Assembly (NCBI GenBank): GCA_026770705.1
Contig: JANJGN010000025.1
Coordinates: 18,042,001 to 18,106,000, forward strand
DNA length: 64,000 nt
DNA from: Isurus oxyrinchus
Taxonomy: Eukaryota
Reading direction: 5' to 3'
Shown here: positions 51,241 through 64,000 of the stretch, in pieces
Layout: every line of letters begins with the position of its first letter
How positions within the stretch are numbered: position 1 is the stretch's first letter
Notes under the pieces: model-generated
What the model saw: only the letters and a program-made list of their open reading frames with translations
Told to the model about the DNA's origin: nothing
Database searches by the model: none
Translations under genes and position numbers: made by a program

Positions 51241-51949
51241 CCGGCGAGGTACTTGGCATCTAATATCAGTCATCACTATTTATCATTGTTGTTTCATGAG
51301 TGACAAGCTTATTCAACTAAACAATTCTTGTGCACAGTGTTTTACTACTCTACAGCCTTTCATAACTATATAGTGTAACTAATTCAAAGTAAACAAAAAT
51401 GAAATGAAGCTTAGATTTGAGGAGGAAGCAGAATACATCAGCCACATTCAACTCACCTACCTTTCATGATCCAATATGCGTATATTACCCGTGCCAGCTT
51501 TGGGCAGGTGTCCTTGCTCCCACTCAGCTAAGTAGCTAAAAAATCACAACAGATTACAGGCTGCCAGCTCTGAGGCTGCCCAGTTTCTATTGGGTAGGTA
51601 GGGCTAAACTTGCCCTCATAATCTTAAAAACCTTCTGTCAAGAATTGTATCTCCCTTGCTTCAGGTACAAAGTCCCAAGAGGGCATTGACGACCATGGAC
51701 AGTAGTAGAAGGATCCGGTAAGTTAAGGCTTAACCTGGGACTGAGTACAATACTGTCCACCAGTGATGTAAAAAGGCACCTGATCTTGAGCTTAGGTCAA
51801 CAGTCTAGAGCCAGGTAGCAACATGTAGGGACATGCCATGGAGCCCTCTCCTCACCTGTGCTGTTTGCTGTAAATATGTACATAGTTCAGTAATGTTAAT
51901 AAAGATTTCTTGGCAACTTCTACAAGACTGCTAAGTGGTATCTAAGCAG

Positions 51950-52260
51950 TACACACTGCAGGTATCATCATGGACCTCTATGTTAATCCTGCTCTGGAAG
52001 TGTGGATAATCTTTGTTGGTGGTTCATTCATCCAATATGCGAGACTCTTTGGAAAGATCTTTCATTGTCTACTTCGATCTATTTTACCTTTGATTTTTCC
52101 CATCAGCATCAGACTTTCCAAATTATGATTTATTATGTATGCAAGTAATTCCAACTGTCTCTTCATGATCATAGTCAGCAGAGTTCTTTTGGTCTTGGAT
52201 TGTATAGTAATTATAATTTTTGTATCTGTATACATGTCCTTTAAAGGCAATATGAAGTCA
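51950..52260 (-). mobile_element. RTE/BovB-like LINE C-terminal remnant
   Basis: ORF 52062-52250: KRQL...LESLMLMGKIKGKIDRSRQ resembles the RTE motif LEK.LMLGKIEG.R.RGRQ. Confidence 0.65.
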
Positions 52261-52704
52261 TGGAAGGATTGTTAGGCTGATTAACAGTCTGACATAACTT
52301 GAATGCTCCTTCCACAGTCAATTGTTGTCATACCAACGATGGTTGTATTTTTCCTTCATAGTCCAAGGACATGACATCAACTAGAATTCATTAAGTTTCA
52401 GGCCCGAAGTGTTCAAAGATGACTGATAGGTCCAACTGGAGCACAAGAAGATCTATTGCATGTTGGGCACGTGCGTATTGTTGGTGCAGTAGAGACGTTT
52501 GCAGCTCTGGACTTGCAAAGCTCTCATTGCCTGTTGGCCAATGCGACTCTGTTCTGTTTATAGGAGGTGGTGACTCTAATGAAACTGTGCCACATAGTGC
52601 GATTATGCGTAAAGTTCTCCTATCTTTCTGGGTGCTCTTGAAGAGCTTCTTTCTGGCTTCAGATGTTGAATCCTATATGGTTGGAGGCTTTTAATGGATT
52701 TCCA

Positions 52705-53130
52705 TAATCCATAGAATTCTAGAATGATATAGCACAAGTGGACCCATTGTGCCTGTGCTGACTCTTTGAAAGAAATATCCAACTAGTCTCATTCCTCTGC
52801 CCTTTCCCTGTAGCCCTGCAACTTTTCCCCCTTTGACTCTTTATCCAGTTTCCTTTTAAAAGTTATTACTGATTCTGCTTGAACCATGCTTTCTGGCACT
52901 GCATTCCAGATCATAACTCAGTATAAAAATGGTTTCCTCACATTTCAGTTTTGATCCTTTTGTCAGTCATCTTAAATCAGTGCCCTCTGGTTATCGACCC
53001 TTCTCCCACCCAAAACAATTTCTCCTTCATTACCCTATCACGACCCTTCATGATTTTGAACACCTCCATCAAATCTCCACATAACCTCCTTTGGCCTGAG
53101 GAGAACATCAGTCACTTTGTTTCTGTAACT
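52705..53130 (-). mobile_element. Degraded CR1 3' fragment
   Basis: ttgaacacctccatcaaatctcc and cattccaga; tail catagaattctagaa. Confidence 0.72.
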
Positions 53131-54299
53131 GAAGTCTTTCGTTCCTCATTCCTTACAATTAAAACAAAAGGGGGATGTGTGGGGACTGGGTTGGCATCCT
53201 ATAGGCACAACTATTCTGGTCGATATCAACTGTGAGTTCAAGGGAGATCCAGTCATCACTTACCAGAAATGTCTGGAGTAGGATTTAACTCTTGGACCTT
53301 CTATCCTCAAGCCTAAATTCAGCTCATGCGCATTAAAGAATAATGGGGAAGAAATTAATTAGCAATGCATCTGATTTTTGGGGTGGAAATGGTTACAATT
53401 CTACCTAATGTAGCAGTGGAATGACCATGAGTGTGCCTCCATCTGCCTAATCTAGATCACTTATAGTGAATCCTGAGACGGTAAAGCCTTGTCATTGTAT
53501 TTCCATTTAGTGGTTACATCATATGCTCTCACGTGACCCCCTTTGATTTCAAGAACCAGTAAAATAAATATTTCACTATGCTATGGCTGGGGCTATGATC
53601 TACCCAATATATTTACTAACCAGTAAATGGATGTTGGCAGAAGCAATAGCTTTCCAATAGTTGTAGGTTTAATTTTCCTTACTCTAAAGTTAAAAAATAA
53701 CAATCATATCTGCTGTACTGAACTCTAATGTGAACTGCGCACATGGTTGAATAATAACCTTTATTTAAAAGCAATCTTGAGGCACTCAGTCCTATCTGTC
53801 TCACTGATAGCTCCATTTGTTGAAATCAGATTAGCCATTCGGGCAGGAAATAGTTAAAAAATTTAAATATGTACGCGAAGCTCAAATATCATTTCAACCA
53901 CAAAGATATGTTAAAGTAAAACTCCATTCAGATGCCTGTCATAATCATAATGGCACACTCCTGTGACAACTCCAGCAGGAGTGCAGGAGAAGGGCCAGAA
54001 TATGGCCAGGACACATCTGTTGGGAGTTCTCTTAGGCTTTGTAAAGAATAGGAACTCCACAGGCAGTACTGCCAAGAGCAAGAGGGTAGAATGGGAGTAG
54101 GGCCAATTGATGCCCCCATAACCCATCTCGAAGTTTCCTTTGTCCTGGCCTCATAAAGCTGCAGGCTAGTATACCCAGTGGGTTAATATGCATCAACCTT
54201 CAGATGGATATGTGGGCCCCACTTTGGAGTAAGGTTCTAGCCAAATAATCAGTCTGGCACTCTGAAGATCGCAAAAAATCTTTCTAATAGTCCCCTTCT

Positions 54300-54326
54300 C
54301 TCACACACACACACACACACACACAC
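54300..54326. repeat. (CA)n microsatellite
   Basis: Directly visible. Confidence 0.95.
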
Positions 54327-54919
54327 GTGAGTTACGAGTTAATGAGCTATGCAGCAGTTTAAACTAGTTCTTTTTAACTATTAGCTTTGCCAGAGGTCAA
54401 ATTAGCTCTTTTTTTATTCTCTTGTCTGAGCTGAGTGGCTTAATTATTTAATTGTTTTATTTCTGTTGTGAAGATCCCTGGACCTCTTCTGATTAGGAGC
54501 AGGGCCCAAAGTAGCCAGATAGTCTATCAGCTACTTTTTTTCAATTCCCTTGAGATTCAGTTTATTTGTTCTTTCCAAAATAGGGCTTGATTCAAGCCCC
54601 TTTATAAAATGATTTTCTTAGCATAGCAGTGACTTATTAAAAGATGATTCTGGAATAGGTACTCTCATTTGATGGTAGTACAAGAGCTGCTGTTATAAAC
54701 TATTAGACAAGAATCTCTCTGCTTCTCCCATACTTCAGTGCAGGTGACCCCACCGCCCCCAACCTTGTTAATTGCTTAATATGTTTCAGGCCTCATGTAA
54801 ATGTGACGATCATGTCTTTTCAGGTTTGGTGCAATCTCTTCTTATTACCTTGGGCTGAATTTAACCACCTCCTGTGTGGCAGGATGGAGGTTGAGGGGAT
54901 GGGGGGCAGGAGGGTAAGT

Positions 54920-56090
54920 AAAGACATCAAGGCAGCATTTGACAGAGTGTGGCATCAAGGAACCCTAGAAAAACTGAAGTCAGTGGGACTCAGGGGTAAA
55001 CTCTCCACTGGTTGGAGTCATGTTCAGCACAAAGCAAGATGATTGTGGTTGTTCGAGGTCAATCATCTCAGTCCTGGGACATCTTTGCTGGAGTTCCTCA
55101 GGGTCATTAGTGCCCTTGGCCCAACCATCTTCAGTTCTTTCATCAATGACCTTCCTTCCATCAAAGGTCAGATGTTGGGATGTTTGCTGATGCTTACACA
55201 ATGTTCAGCACCATTCGTGACTCCTCAGATACTGAAGCAGTCTGTGTCCATATGCAGCAAGGGCTGGTCAACATTCAGGCTTGGACTAATTAGTGGCAAG
55301 TAACATTTGTGCCACACAAGTGCCAGGCAATGACCATCTCCAACAAGAGTAAATCTACCCACCCTCCCTTAATGTTCAATGGCATTATAATTGCTGAATC
55401 CCTCACTATCGACAACCTGGGGGTTACCATTGTCCAAAAACTGAACTGGACCAGCCATATAAATATTGTGGCCCCAAGAGCAGGTCACAGGCTAGGAATT
55501 CTCTGGCAAGTAACTCACCTCCTAACTCCCGAAAACTTGTCGACCATCTACAAGGCACAATTAAGTCAAGAGTGTGATGGAATGCTCTCCATTTACCTTG
55601 GTGAGTACAGCTCCAACACTGCTCAAGAAGCTCGACACCATCCAGGACAAAGCAGCACACTTGACTGGCACCCTATCCACCACCTTCAACATTCATTCCC
55701 TCCACCATCAATGCACAATGACAGCAGCACGTACCATCTACAAGATGCACTGCAACAACTCACCAAGGCTCCTTTGACAGCACCTTCCAAACCAACGACC
55801 TCTACAACCTAGGACAGGGGCAGCAGATACATGGGAACACCATCACCGTCAATTTCTCCACCAAGCCACGCACCATCCTGACTTTGAAATATATCATTGT
55901 TCCTTCACTGTTACGGGATCAAAATCCTGGAACTCCCTCCCAAACGGCAATGTGATTGTACTTACACCACATGTACTGCAGCGGTTCAAGAAGGCAGCTC
56001 ACCACCACTTTCTCAAGGGCAGTTAAGGATGGAAAATAAATGCTGGCCCAGCCAGCGACACCCACATCCCGTGACTGAGCAATAAAAAAA
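54920..56090 (+). mobile_element. 5'-truncated CR1/L2-group LINE (RT pseudogene plus 3' end); likely partner of the SINE family
   Basis: DIKAAFDRVWH, LGPTIFSSFINDL, gtttgctgat (FAD), IYKAQ, LKKLDTIQDKAA, IYKMHC. Confidence 0.88.
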
Positions 56091-56959
56091 AGTAGCAGGG
56101 AGTCACGACAGAACAGCTCCCCAACGCCGTTCGTCACCGGAATGTTTCCCACTGGCGGACAGGAGGCCGACTACATGGGATTTGGCTGCCCGCTCCAAGG
56201 AGATGGGCAGCCTATTTGCAAAATTAAAGGTCCTATTAAAGACTATGTGGCCACCAGCATTTTGCCAGTTTGATAAAGGCGTCCTTTCCAGAGACTATCG
56301 GAGCCAGAGGCTCCATGGCTCAAGGAGGAGGGTCAAAAGGAATCACACGCGTCCCCAACAGGCAGCCCCCATCCCGTAGGGATCAGCCATCTGAATTTAA
56401 ATTTTTACTTACCTGTCCAAGGGCACCCTCTATTTCGAGGTCTCCTGTCTGCCTTGGCAGTTCCCACTTCTCCCAGTGGAATTGGTGAGGCTTCTGTGCT
56501 GCAGCCCCCTGATCGAGCCGACAGCATCAGGAACAAGTGCAGCGCTCGGGATGAGCTTTTTGGCCCAACATCAGATCCTAAAATCTGTGATAAACTAGAT
56601 TTAAATTATCGGACTGACATGTGCATCCTTTTTGCAGAATGGCAAAAGATGCCTAGTGTGTCATCTGCTTAAGTGCAGAAGATTATATTTTAGGTGTTTT
56701 TATTTTAGATAATTTTCTTGAGCGTCGCATCTGAAGTCAGTTCTGTCATGGTAGTGCCCACCCAGCACTTCAGCACTTTGTAGAAAGCCCAGAGATTGAA
56801 CAGGGGTTTTCTTCAAATGCAGTTTAGCCTATTGCTTATATTGTAACAGCTTATATGGCCACAAAATGAAGACTCCTCTGTCTCTCCACAGACATGCTCT
56901 CTCCTATAAGTAGCTCTAAGATGGATTACTTAATTATGACAAGACTTTAAAATAAAGAT

Positions 56960-57210
56960 TGACATTTCTATAGCACTGTCCACAAACACCAGATGTCCCA
57001 AAGCACTTTGCAGCCAATGAAGTGTGGTCATTGTTGCAATGTTGGGAAATGCAGCAGTAAAAACTTCCACAAAACAGCATTGTTATGATGATCAGATAAT
57101 CTGTTTTTGTGATGTTGATTGTGGGATAAATATCAGCCAGACACCACTGTCTTGCACCTCTTCAAAATAATACCACCTGAGAGGGCAGACAGGGCCTTGG
57201 TTTAACAGGC
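56960..57210 (-). mobile_element. Deu-domain SINE fragment
   Basis: Homologous to 21730-22030. Confidence 0.7.
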
Positions 57211-57604
57211 TGAAAATGATCAAAGATCTGGATACCTCCCTAAAAGTCAAAAGAGCTGCTTATTAAACATATATTCAAACAAAAAAACATAAGAATCTTG
57301 AGACAGGCCTTTTAGTGGTAAGTCAAGGATGTTTCAAAACTTCCATGGATGTACACCACCCCTATTCCAAATCCTGAAATTGCGTGTAGTTGCATTTTGT
57401 GGGTGGGTGGCCTTACCACCCCTGCTAGGTGGGGGAGAGATCTTGCACTATTGCCTCGCCACTGCATAAGTGTAAACCAAAGATTTTTTTAACATTTACA
57501 ATTGAATTTTGCGATTCTTTTCTTCAAAAAATTTCTCTGCAGCAGGGAGCTGACCTTTAACATTTAAAGTTCACCTCCAAGAGCACTTAGCCATGCTGGA
57601 TGCA

Positions 57605-58600
57605 TGCTTTTTTTAAATTCATCTGCAGGATGTCTGAATTGCTGGCTAGGCCAGCATTTATCACCTGGCCCCTAATTGCCCCTTGAGAAGGTGGTGGTGA
57701 GCTGCCTTCTTGAACCGCTGTAGTCCCTGTGGTGTAGGTACACCCAGATGCTGTTAGGGAGGGAGTTCCAGGATGTTGACCCAGCGACAGTGAAGGAACA
57801 GCGATATATTTCCAAGTCGGAATGGTGAGTGGCTTGGAGAGGAACTTCCAGGTGGTGGTGTTCCCATTTGCCTGATGCCCTTGTTCTTCTAGATGGCAGC
57901 AGCCATGGGTTTGGAAGGTGCTGTCTAAAGAGCCTTGGTGAACTCCTGCAGTGCATCATGTAGATGGTACACACTGCTGCTACTGTGCATTGATGGTGGA
58001 GGGAGTGAATGCTTGTGAAAGAGATGCCAATCAAGCGGAGTGCTTTGTCGTGGATGGTGTCAAACTTCTTAAGTGTTGTGGGAGCTGCACTCATCCAGGA
58101 AAGTGGGCAGTTTTCCATCACACCTCTGAATTGTGCCTTGTAGTTGGTGGACATGCTTTGGGGAGTCGGGAGGTGAGTTACACCTGCGGGATCTCTAGCA
58201 TCTGACCTGGTCTTGTAGCCACAGTATTCATATGGCTAACTTGCTTGTCCTGCTTTCTACCCTTAATTAGCACATTCCTCAGATAATGTTACCACCTTCA
58301 ACTCTTTGTCCTTTTGTCTGTGACATCTTTTGGTTATCTCCACCTATCACTGGCCCTCTATCCAGCTCTACCCGGCCCCCCCCCCACCCCCCCTTAAACC
58401 AGCTTATATTTCACCTCTTTTCTATTTTTACTTAGTTCTGTTGAAGGGTCATTTGGACTCGAAACGTTAACTGTGTTCCTCTCCGCAGATGCTGCCAGAC
58501 CTGCTGAGTTTTTCCAGGTATTTTTCTTTTTATTCGTATGGCTAGTCCAGTTCAGATTCTGTTCAATGGTAACATCAGGATGTTGATAGGGAGTCACCAC
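57605..58600 (-). mobile_element. LINE 3' part (same family as 54920-56090) interrupted by a Penelope-like insert
   Basis: ORF 57672-58154: YKAQFRGVME..PLSWMSAAPTTLKKFDTI. Confidence 0.88.
58239..58530 (+). mobile_element. Penelope-like 3' end with hammerhead-like motif at 58434-58472 (core CUGUUGA)
   Basis: TSD tattc(a/g)tatggcta at 58225-58238 and 58531-58544; agtt-CTGTTGA-agggtcatttggactc-GAAA-c-GTT-aact. Confidence 0.85.
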
Positions 58601-59104
58601 TGACTAGAAATGTGATGAATAAAAATATCTTACACCCAGTATTTCTAAGCGGCAAATGAAAGGAAAATAGTTTTACGGCTTATTTCCCTTAATTATGCAA
58701 CATAGAAATAGGAGTATTTGGACAAGTGTTACAAACCCACCAGTATTTCTTATCAGGGCAAAACATGTGGAAACTCAAATCTAACAAGTCCATCTCCACC
58801 GGCCTAGAGTGTATTCCTTTTGTGCCGTGGAGCTCAGAATCATAACGTCATAATATATATAACCTGTGACTTGGTGTATAAAAATAGTTGGGCTTTTTTC
58901 TGTGAAGAGACTGGTTTTTAACCTCATACACATGCAGTGACAGAAAGAACAAAAGCAGCACAATGATATGTTATAGGCAAAAATTATAATTTTTGCCACA
59001 GAAGCACAATGTAGTTGTTAATTGAATATTTAATTTTTATTCTACACAAATCCATTCATGGTAGCAATTGAGAAAAATAGGCCAAGAAGTTCCTATGAAT
59101 AATC

Positions 59105-59430
59105 TTCCCATGTAGATAAGGAAAGAAAGGGGACTAAGGTCGGAGCCTTGGAACCCATTCAACATATCAGTACAAGGGCAGGCGGAGGAGCCATTTGGGG
59201 CTTTGTTAGCTTTGATGAGACAAGTGGAAATTGAGCCAGAACAGTAGAATGGAGTTGGGTCACAGAGGATAGACCGTGGATGAGGGAAGAAGAGCTGACT
59301 ATGTTGAATGATACAGAGAAAGACAATTAGGAGGGCGAGTTTGTCATGGTCACAACTTCAGTATTATATTTGGCTGACCATGTTGTTTTTAGTGTTGCTG
59401 GGCAGCATGGAAACCAGACTGAGTTAACTT
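59105..59430 (-). mobile_element. Old L2 LINE RT remnant
   Basis: Reverse complement shows cagtctggtttc (QSGF) and ccaaggctccgaccttagtcccctttctttccttatctacatg (QGS.L.P..FLIYM). Confidence 0.55.
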
Positions 59431-62164
59431 GAAAGGAAAAGTGATAAAACGGCTGTGAGGATTTGACCTTGTTAGAGGTGATTTCTTAAATTTTCTCAAA
59501 ATCCATCATTTCCCATCACAAGGATGTAAAATGGCAAAATACATCTGTCTTTGGAGATTACATTTACTTTCCAGTTTTACACCAATTTGCTTTGCATAAA
59601 CCAAATGAACTTCAGATCATTGAAAGGGACTTGAGGAAGAAATTTAATTTTGCTGATGGGGTGGAAGTTCACTTGTACAGTTTTCTCTACCATTAGACAG
59701 CAAATGGTCACCAAGATGAAATACAGGGTTTCATATCAGTTATCAGACCAGGACATCTTTCACATGCTTATTTATTCTGGGACTGCCCAAAAATGGGGAT
59801 ACTGGGGGGTGATTCTGTATATTATAAAGGTGGTTAAAGGATTACGATTGATTCAGATCTGTTGTTCTCTAGGGTGAATCTTCCTACACAGGTACCTTTA
59901 GATCCAGAGATAGACAGATTATTTGATTCCCTGGAATATACATTCCCACCACTATATTCCAAACTTTTGCTTTAGGAGCCTCTGATATCACAGGTTATCT
60001 GGGTATAGTCTCTCTATTTCAACCAGAAGGAATCAAGTGTGATCTTAATTCTGAATAACTAGGATCTGGTCAGCTTCAGTCAGCTCCTCATCTCCTTAAA
60101 CCTCTACTCTAGAAGGATCTTTAATTTGAAGTGAGCTTTGTGTGGATTGCTGCAGTCATTTCCTAAGCTGATTTAGATCTTTGCTGTCTTACTTAGCTAA
60201 CTGTCATTTCTTGTCCTTTTCAGAGACTAGTGGTGTTGTTTTGCCTCAGGTGCATATTCTAAGATGTCTTTGTATTACAGCTGAACAGGCTTGAAACACT
60301 TAAAAATGGTTTTAAATTAAATTAGAAATATATTCAGAATGGATAATTTGGTCAGCTCAGCTGCCAAACTGGATGTGTAACTTTCCTTTTGCTAGCTTAC
60401 CTTTCTCCAAAAGGACAATTGCAAGATCATGCCCATTGCTGTCAGCTAGTTTAACAAATCTGGCAAACCGAAGATGTTATTTATTTCATAGCTTTCTATA
60501 TGTGCAGGTGATCCTCTCAAGCTTATGTGTATTATGTTTCACCCAATGCATTAACAAATTGACCAGCACTGGGGGTAGGGTCAACTACGTTTAATGGATA
60601 TTTGCTCTTTGACATAAATTGTTGCTGTAAAATTGAGTCACATATAATTATACTTACCTTAGAAAACTCAACATATCTATAAGGAGTCACCTTATAAATT
60701 ATATTCTGAAGTATTTGCTTCACTACTATTTTCTGTTCCCTTATCAATAGTCCTCTCATCCAATAACTCACTGAAGCTTCTTTCCAAATAAAATATAAGA
60801 CTGTGTATTTATCCAAGGTATTTAAAAGGAATCTGAGAGTGTGCTCTAGTCTTTTATGTCTTTATATGGGGAATTGAAATGTTTTATTGTAATTAATTAC
60901 ATAATTCAACATGGCAAATAACTCAGGCAGACTTCAAACCATTAATAATGAAACTATACTAATTTTAGCCAACCCTGAAAAGAGTTGCTGTGAATAATGA
61001 CAGTATAGATTATTGATGGTGTTTGGTGGTATTTGTTTGATGGGAAGAATTTACTAATTACTTTATTGGCACAGACAAATAATTTTGTAGTGTAAGAGGT
61101 TCAGATACCAAAGAGTACATTTTGAGCAGAGAGAAACTTGATGTTGTTGTATTAAGACAACTTATTAAGCAACAAATGTTATACTTAACAAAAGAAAACA
61201 GTTGATAACCTAGAGCTTAAATGGTTTTTGCTTCCCATTGACTCTAGGGACTACAGATGGCTTGTGACTTCTGTCCTTCATTCTCTCCCTCTATTCTTTA
61301 ACTCTATGCAAAAAAACTTTTCTGAGCATTTTCATTATATCCCCTGTAACCAAGGGCTCTTCCTGTGTTGTCGTGTCCTGATCTTGTTATCCGTCTGTCA
61401 ATGCTTACATTGACAGTCAATTGTGACCACAACCCTTGGTCACAAACCCTGAGCCATAGTCAAAATCCAAACATAAATAATCCATCCATACATACTGTTC
61501 TAATTAACTGAAGTCATGCAAACAGCACTCACGCATCTACAATTAACCCTTCATCTACCCTCTATCTGATACAAAATACAAAATGCACATCAAAAGGGAT
61601 TCATAGCCTACGCAAAGTATAAAAAAGTATAAAAAGGGTGCACAAAGGTTCACATTTTCTACAATAGTGGTGTGCACTTGGTAGCCTTCACTTTGGGGGA
61701 ACTGAGGTCAGTGAACAGCATCATTTTCCACAGCTCTCCAGGGTCACCTGCTGCTTTGCAGGCTTCAGGGGCTCCAGGGGGGCCTGGGTGAAATGTCACT
61801 CTGCCTCAGAGGCAAGTTTGCAGGGGGGGTGGAGTGGTGTCCAGGGGCAACTGTTGCCGAGCCCTGGAGGCGACTGTTGCTATTGCTGGGTGGGGGGAGG
61901 GGGATGGCAACTGCTGCCCTGGCATTGGATCCTACACTCATGAAAACGAGGTGGGGGGCAGGGTAGGCAGGGGAAGTGGCCATGAAGTAGGGACATCTGT
62001 ATAAATTGACCATTCCTCTGCAACTGAGACAGTTCATGCGCAGCCACGGTGATATGATTGGGGCCGGACTGCTAGCCTGCCTGCCCCCACAAGCAATGCA
62101 GAGGTACCAAAGTGCCACCAAGTGCTCCATATCTTAGCCCCCTCCCCAACCCCACCAGGATGCA

Positions 62165-63260
62165 AGGGCCATTGGATTTGCCTGGATCGCGGGGTTCCCA
62201 CAGATGCAGGGTGTGATCGACTGCACCCATGTGGCACTCAGGTCTCCATCGCTGCACATGGTGGACTAAATCAACCACAAGGGAGTCCACTTACTGAATG
62301 TGCAGCTGGTATGCAACCACTGAAGACAGAAGGATGCTTTAGTGACTGGAAGCCAGTGTTCACTGGCATACCACAGGATTAGTGCTGTTCCCCTTAGTTG
62401 AAGGGTCAGTCACAAGGGGAGATAAGTTCAAGGTGAGGGGCAGGAGGTTTAGGGGGGTTGTGAGGAAAAGCCTTTTTACCCAGAGGGTGGTGACGGTCTG
62501 GAATGCGCTGCCTGGGAGGGTGGTGGAGGCGGGTTGCCTGACATCCTTTAAAAAGTACCTGGATGAGCACTTGGCACATCATAACATTGAAGGCTATGGG
62601 CCAACTGCTGGTAAATGGGACTAGGTAAGTAGATCAGGTGTTTCTTATGTGTCGGTGCAGACTCGATGGGCCGAAGGGCCTCTTCTGCACTGTGTGATTC
62701 TGTGATTCACCAGAAACACATCCTGCAGGTGTGCACACGGTTTCCAGGGAGTGTGCATGACCCCTACTCAATCGGTCACAGATCCCTGGAGTCTTCCACA
62801 CACAGAAGCTGCAGGAATGGGTCCTCAGGGATGAGGGCTACCTGCAGAGGCCATAGCTGATGACACCCGTGCAGCGACCTCAGACTGCAGCAGAGCGACG
62901 CTATAATGAGGCTCTTGTTGCAGCTCGCACCTTGGTGGAGCAGACCATCGGGATGCTGAAGATGAGGTTCTTGTGCCTGGACTGGACTGGTGAAGCCCTG
63001 AAATACAGTCCGCAGAGGATGTCAAACATCATCATCATCCGCTGTGCCCTTTACAACCTGATGCTCCAACGGGGAGACGAGCTGGCTGAAGAGGAGATGG
63101 AGGAGCTGCCCGTCTCCTCCGATGAGGAGGACGCCGACAGGGATGAGGGTGAGGAGGTGCTCAAAGGCGCCAATGATGAGGGCGAGGCCCTTGCATTGGC
63201 TAGATGAGGCAGGCTGAAGAGGCCCTCATAGCTGCTGTATTTGAGGAGGATGATGACAAC
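62165..63260 (+). pseudogene. Divergent Harbinger DDE transposase remnant J, split by a CR1
   Basis: IAGFPQMQGVIDCTHVAL, LNVQLVC / QKHILQVCTRFPGSVHD, GDEGY, LVEQTIGMLKMRFLCLD, CALYNL. Confidence 0.88.
62321..62708 (+). mobile_element. CR1 fragment with a large internal deletion (same subfamily as 30721-32335)
   Basis: FSDWKPV.TGIPQ is fused directly to LFPLVEGSVTRG; tail ctgtgtgattctgtgattc. Confidence 0.88.
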
Positions 63261-63820
63261 CTGCAGTGTGGTGTCCCCCTAGTTCCACACATCGCATTTG
63301 TGAACGTTTGACTCCAGTCCGGCTTATGGCAGCATGAATACCCTCTGAGAGAATGCTCCTGTCATGAAAGTGCAGTGGAGGCCCTAATAGTTACTCAATT
63401 GCAGGAGGATGATGATGACATGCAATGAGGGTACTCTGTAACTCTTCAAATAGCCTCTGAGAATGTCTGACTCCTGTCTGGCCGAGAGAAGCTCGGGGTT
63501 AGGGTCATAGCATAGAGTCTCAGCCAAAAAACTATCGAATCATCTGATGCTTTCTCCACTTTCAGCACTGAGTCCTTTGGGAGCTGGAGCTCAGCATCAG
63601 TGGTCACATGTGCTGAAGAGATTGGGGCCATCCGAATCTTAAAGGTACCGAGAGCATATTGAGAGAATCAGAGAACTCTGTGACGCCTGCCCACAACATT
63701 CTGGCAGCAATGACAAGCACCATCGAGGTGCAGGCATCAGAAGTGTTTCCAGGGGGTGTGAAGTTGGATCATCACTTTGGTCTGAAGGTTGCACAGAGCA
63801 GAGGGAAGAAGCCCTGGACT

Positions 63821-63850
63821 GAGAGGGAGAGAGAGAGAGAGAGAGAGAGA
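63821..63850. repeat. (GA)n microsatellite
   Basis: Directly visible. Confidence 0.9.
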
Positions 63851-63859
63851 CAGAAACAT

Positions 63860-64000
63860 CTGTTTGGCTCTTCCAGGCTGTGTTTGGATATGCCAGGCTC
63901 TGTTTAGCTCTGTTTGGCTCTGCTAGGCTCTGCAAGGCACTGCCAGGCTGTGTTTGGCTCTGCTAGGCTCTGTAGGCCTCTTTGTGGCTCTGTTTGGCTT
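63860..64000. repeat. 10-bp tandem repeat (ggctctgttt/ggctctgcta) running off the window end
   Basis: About 14 degenerate units are visible. Confidence 0.85.

Overview
This is eukaryotic, repeat-dense DNA with no recognisable intact host gene. The repeat mix (CR1 and L2 LINEs, Deu-domain and LF-SINE-like SINEs, Penelope-type 3' ends, Harbinger elements) suggests intronic or intergenic sequence of a cartilaginous fish, probably a shark; this is inference. Almost all long ORFs are decayed transposon genes. The main contents are: (i) several CR1-group LINE fragments, often nested; (ii) a PIF/Harbinger family seen as two near-complete two-gene elements (DDE nuclease plus a convergent 3-exon Myb/SANT gene), a Myb-only derivative, truncated nuclease copies and at least five MITEs sharing TIRs and internal palindromes; (iii) seven short Penelope-like insertions carrying a minimal type I hammerhead-like motif, five with 13-15 bp TSDs, several folded back as inverted duplications, and a recurrent non-canonical CUGUNGA core; (iv) SINEs and minisatellites. 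All calls are by eye; no database search was run.
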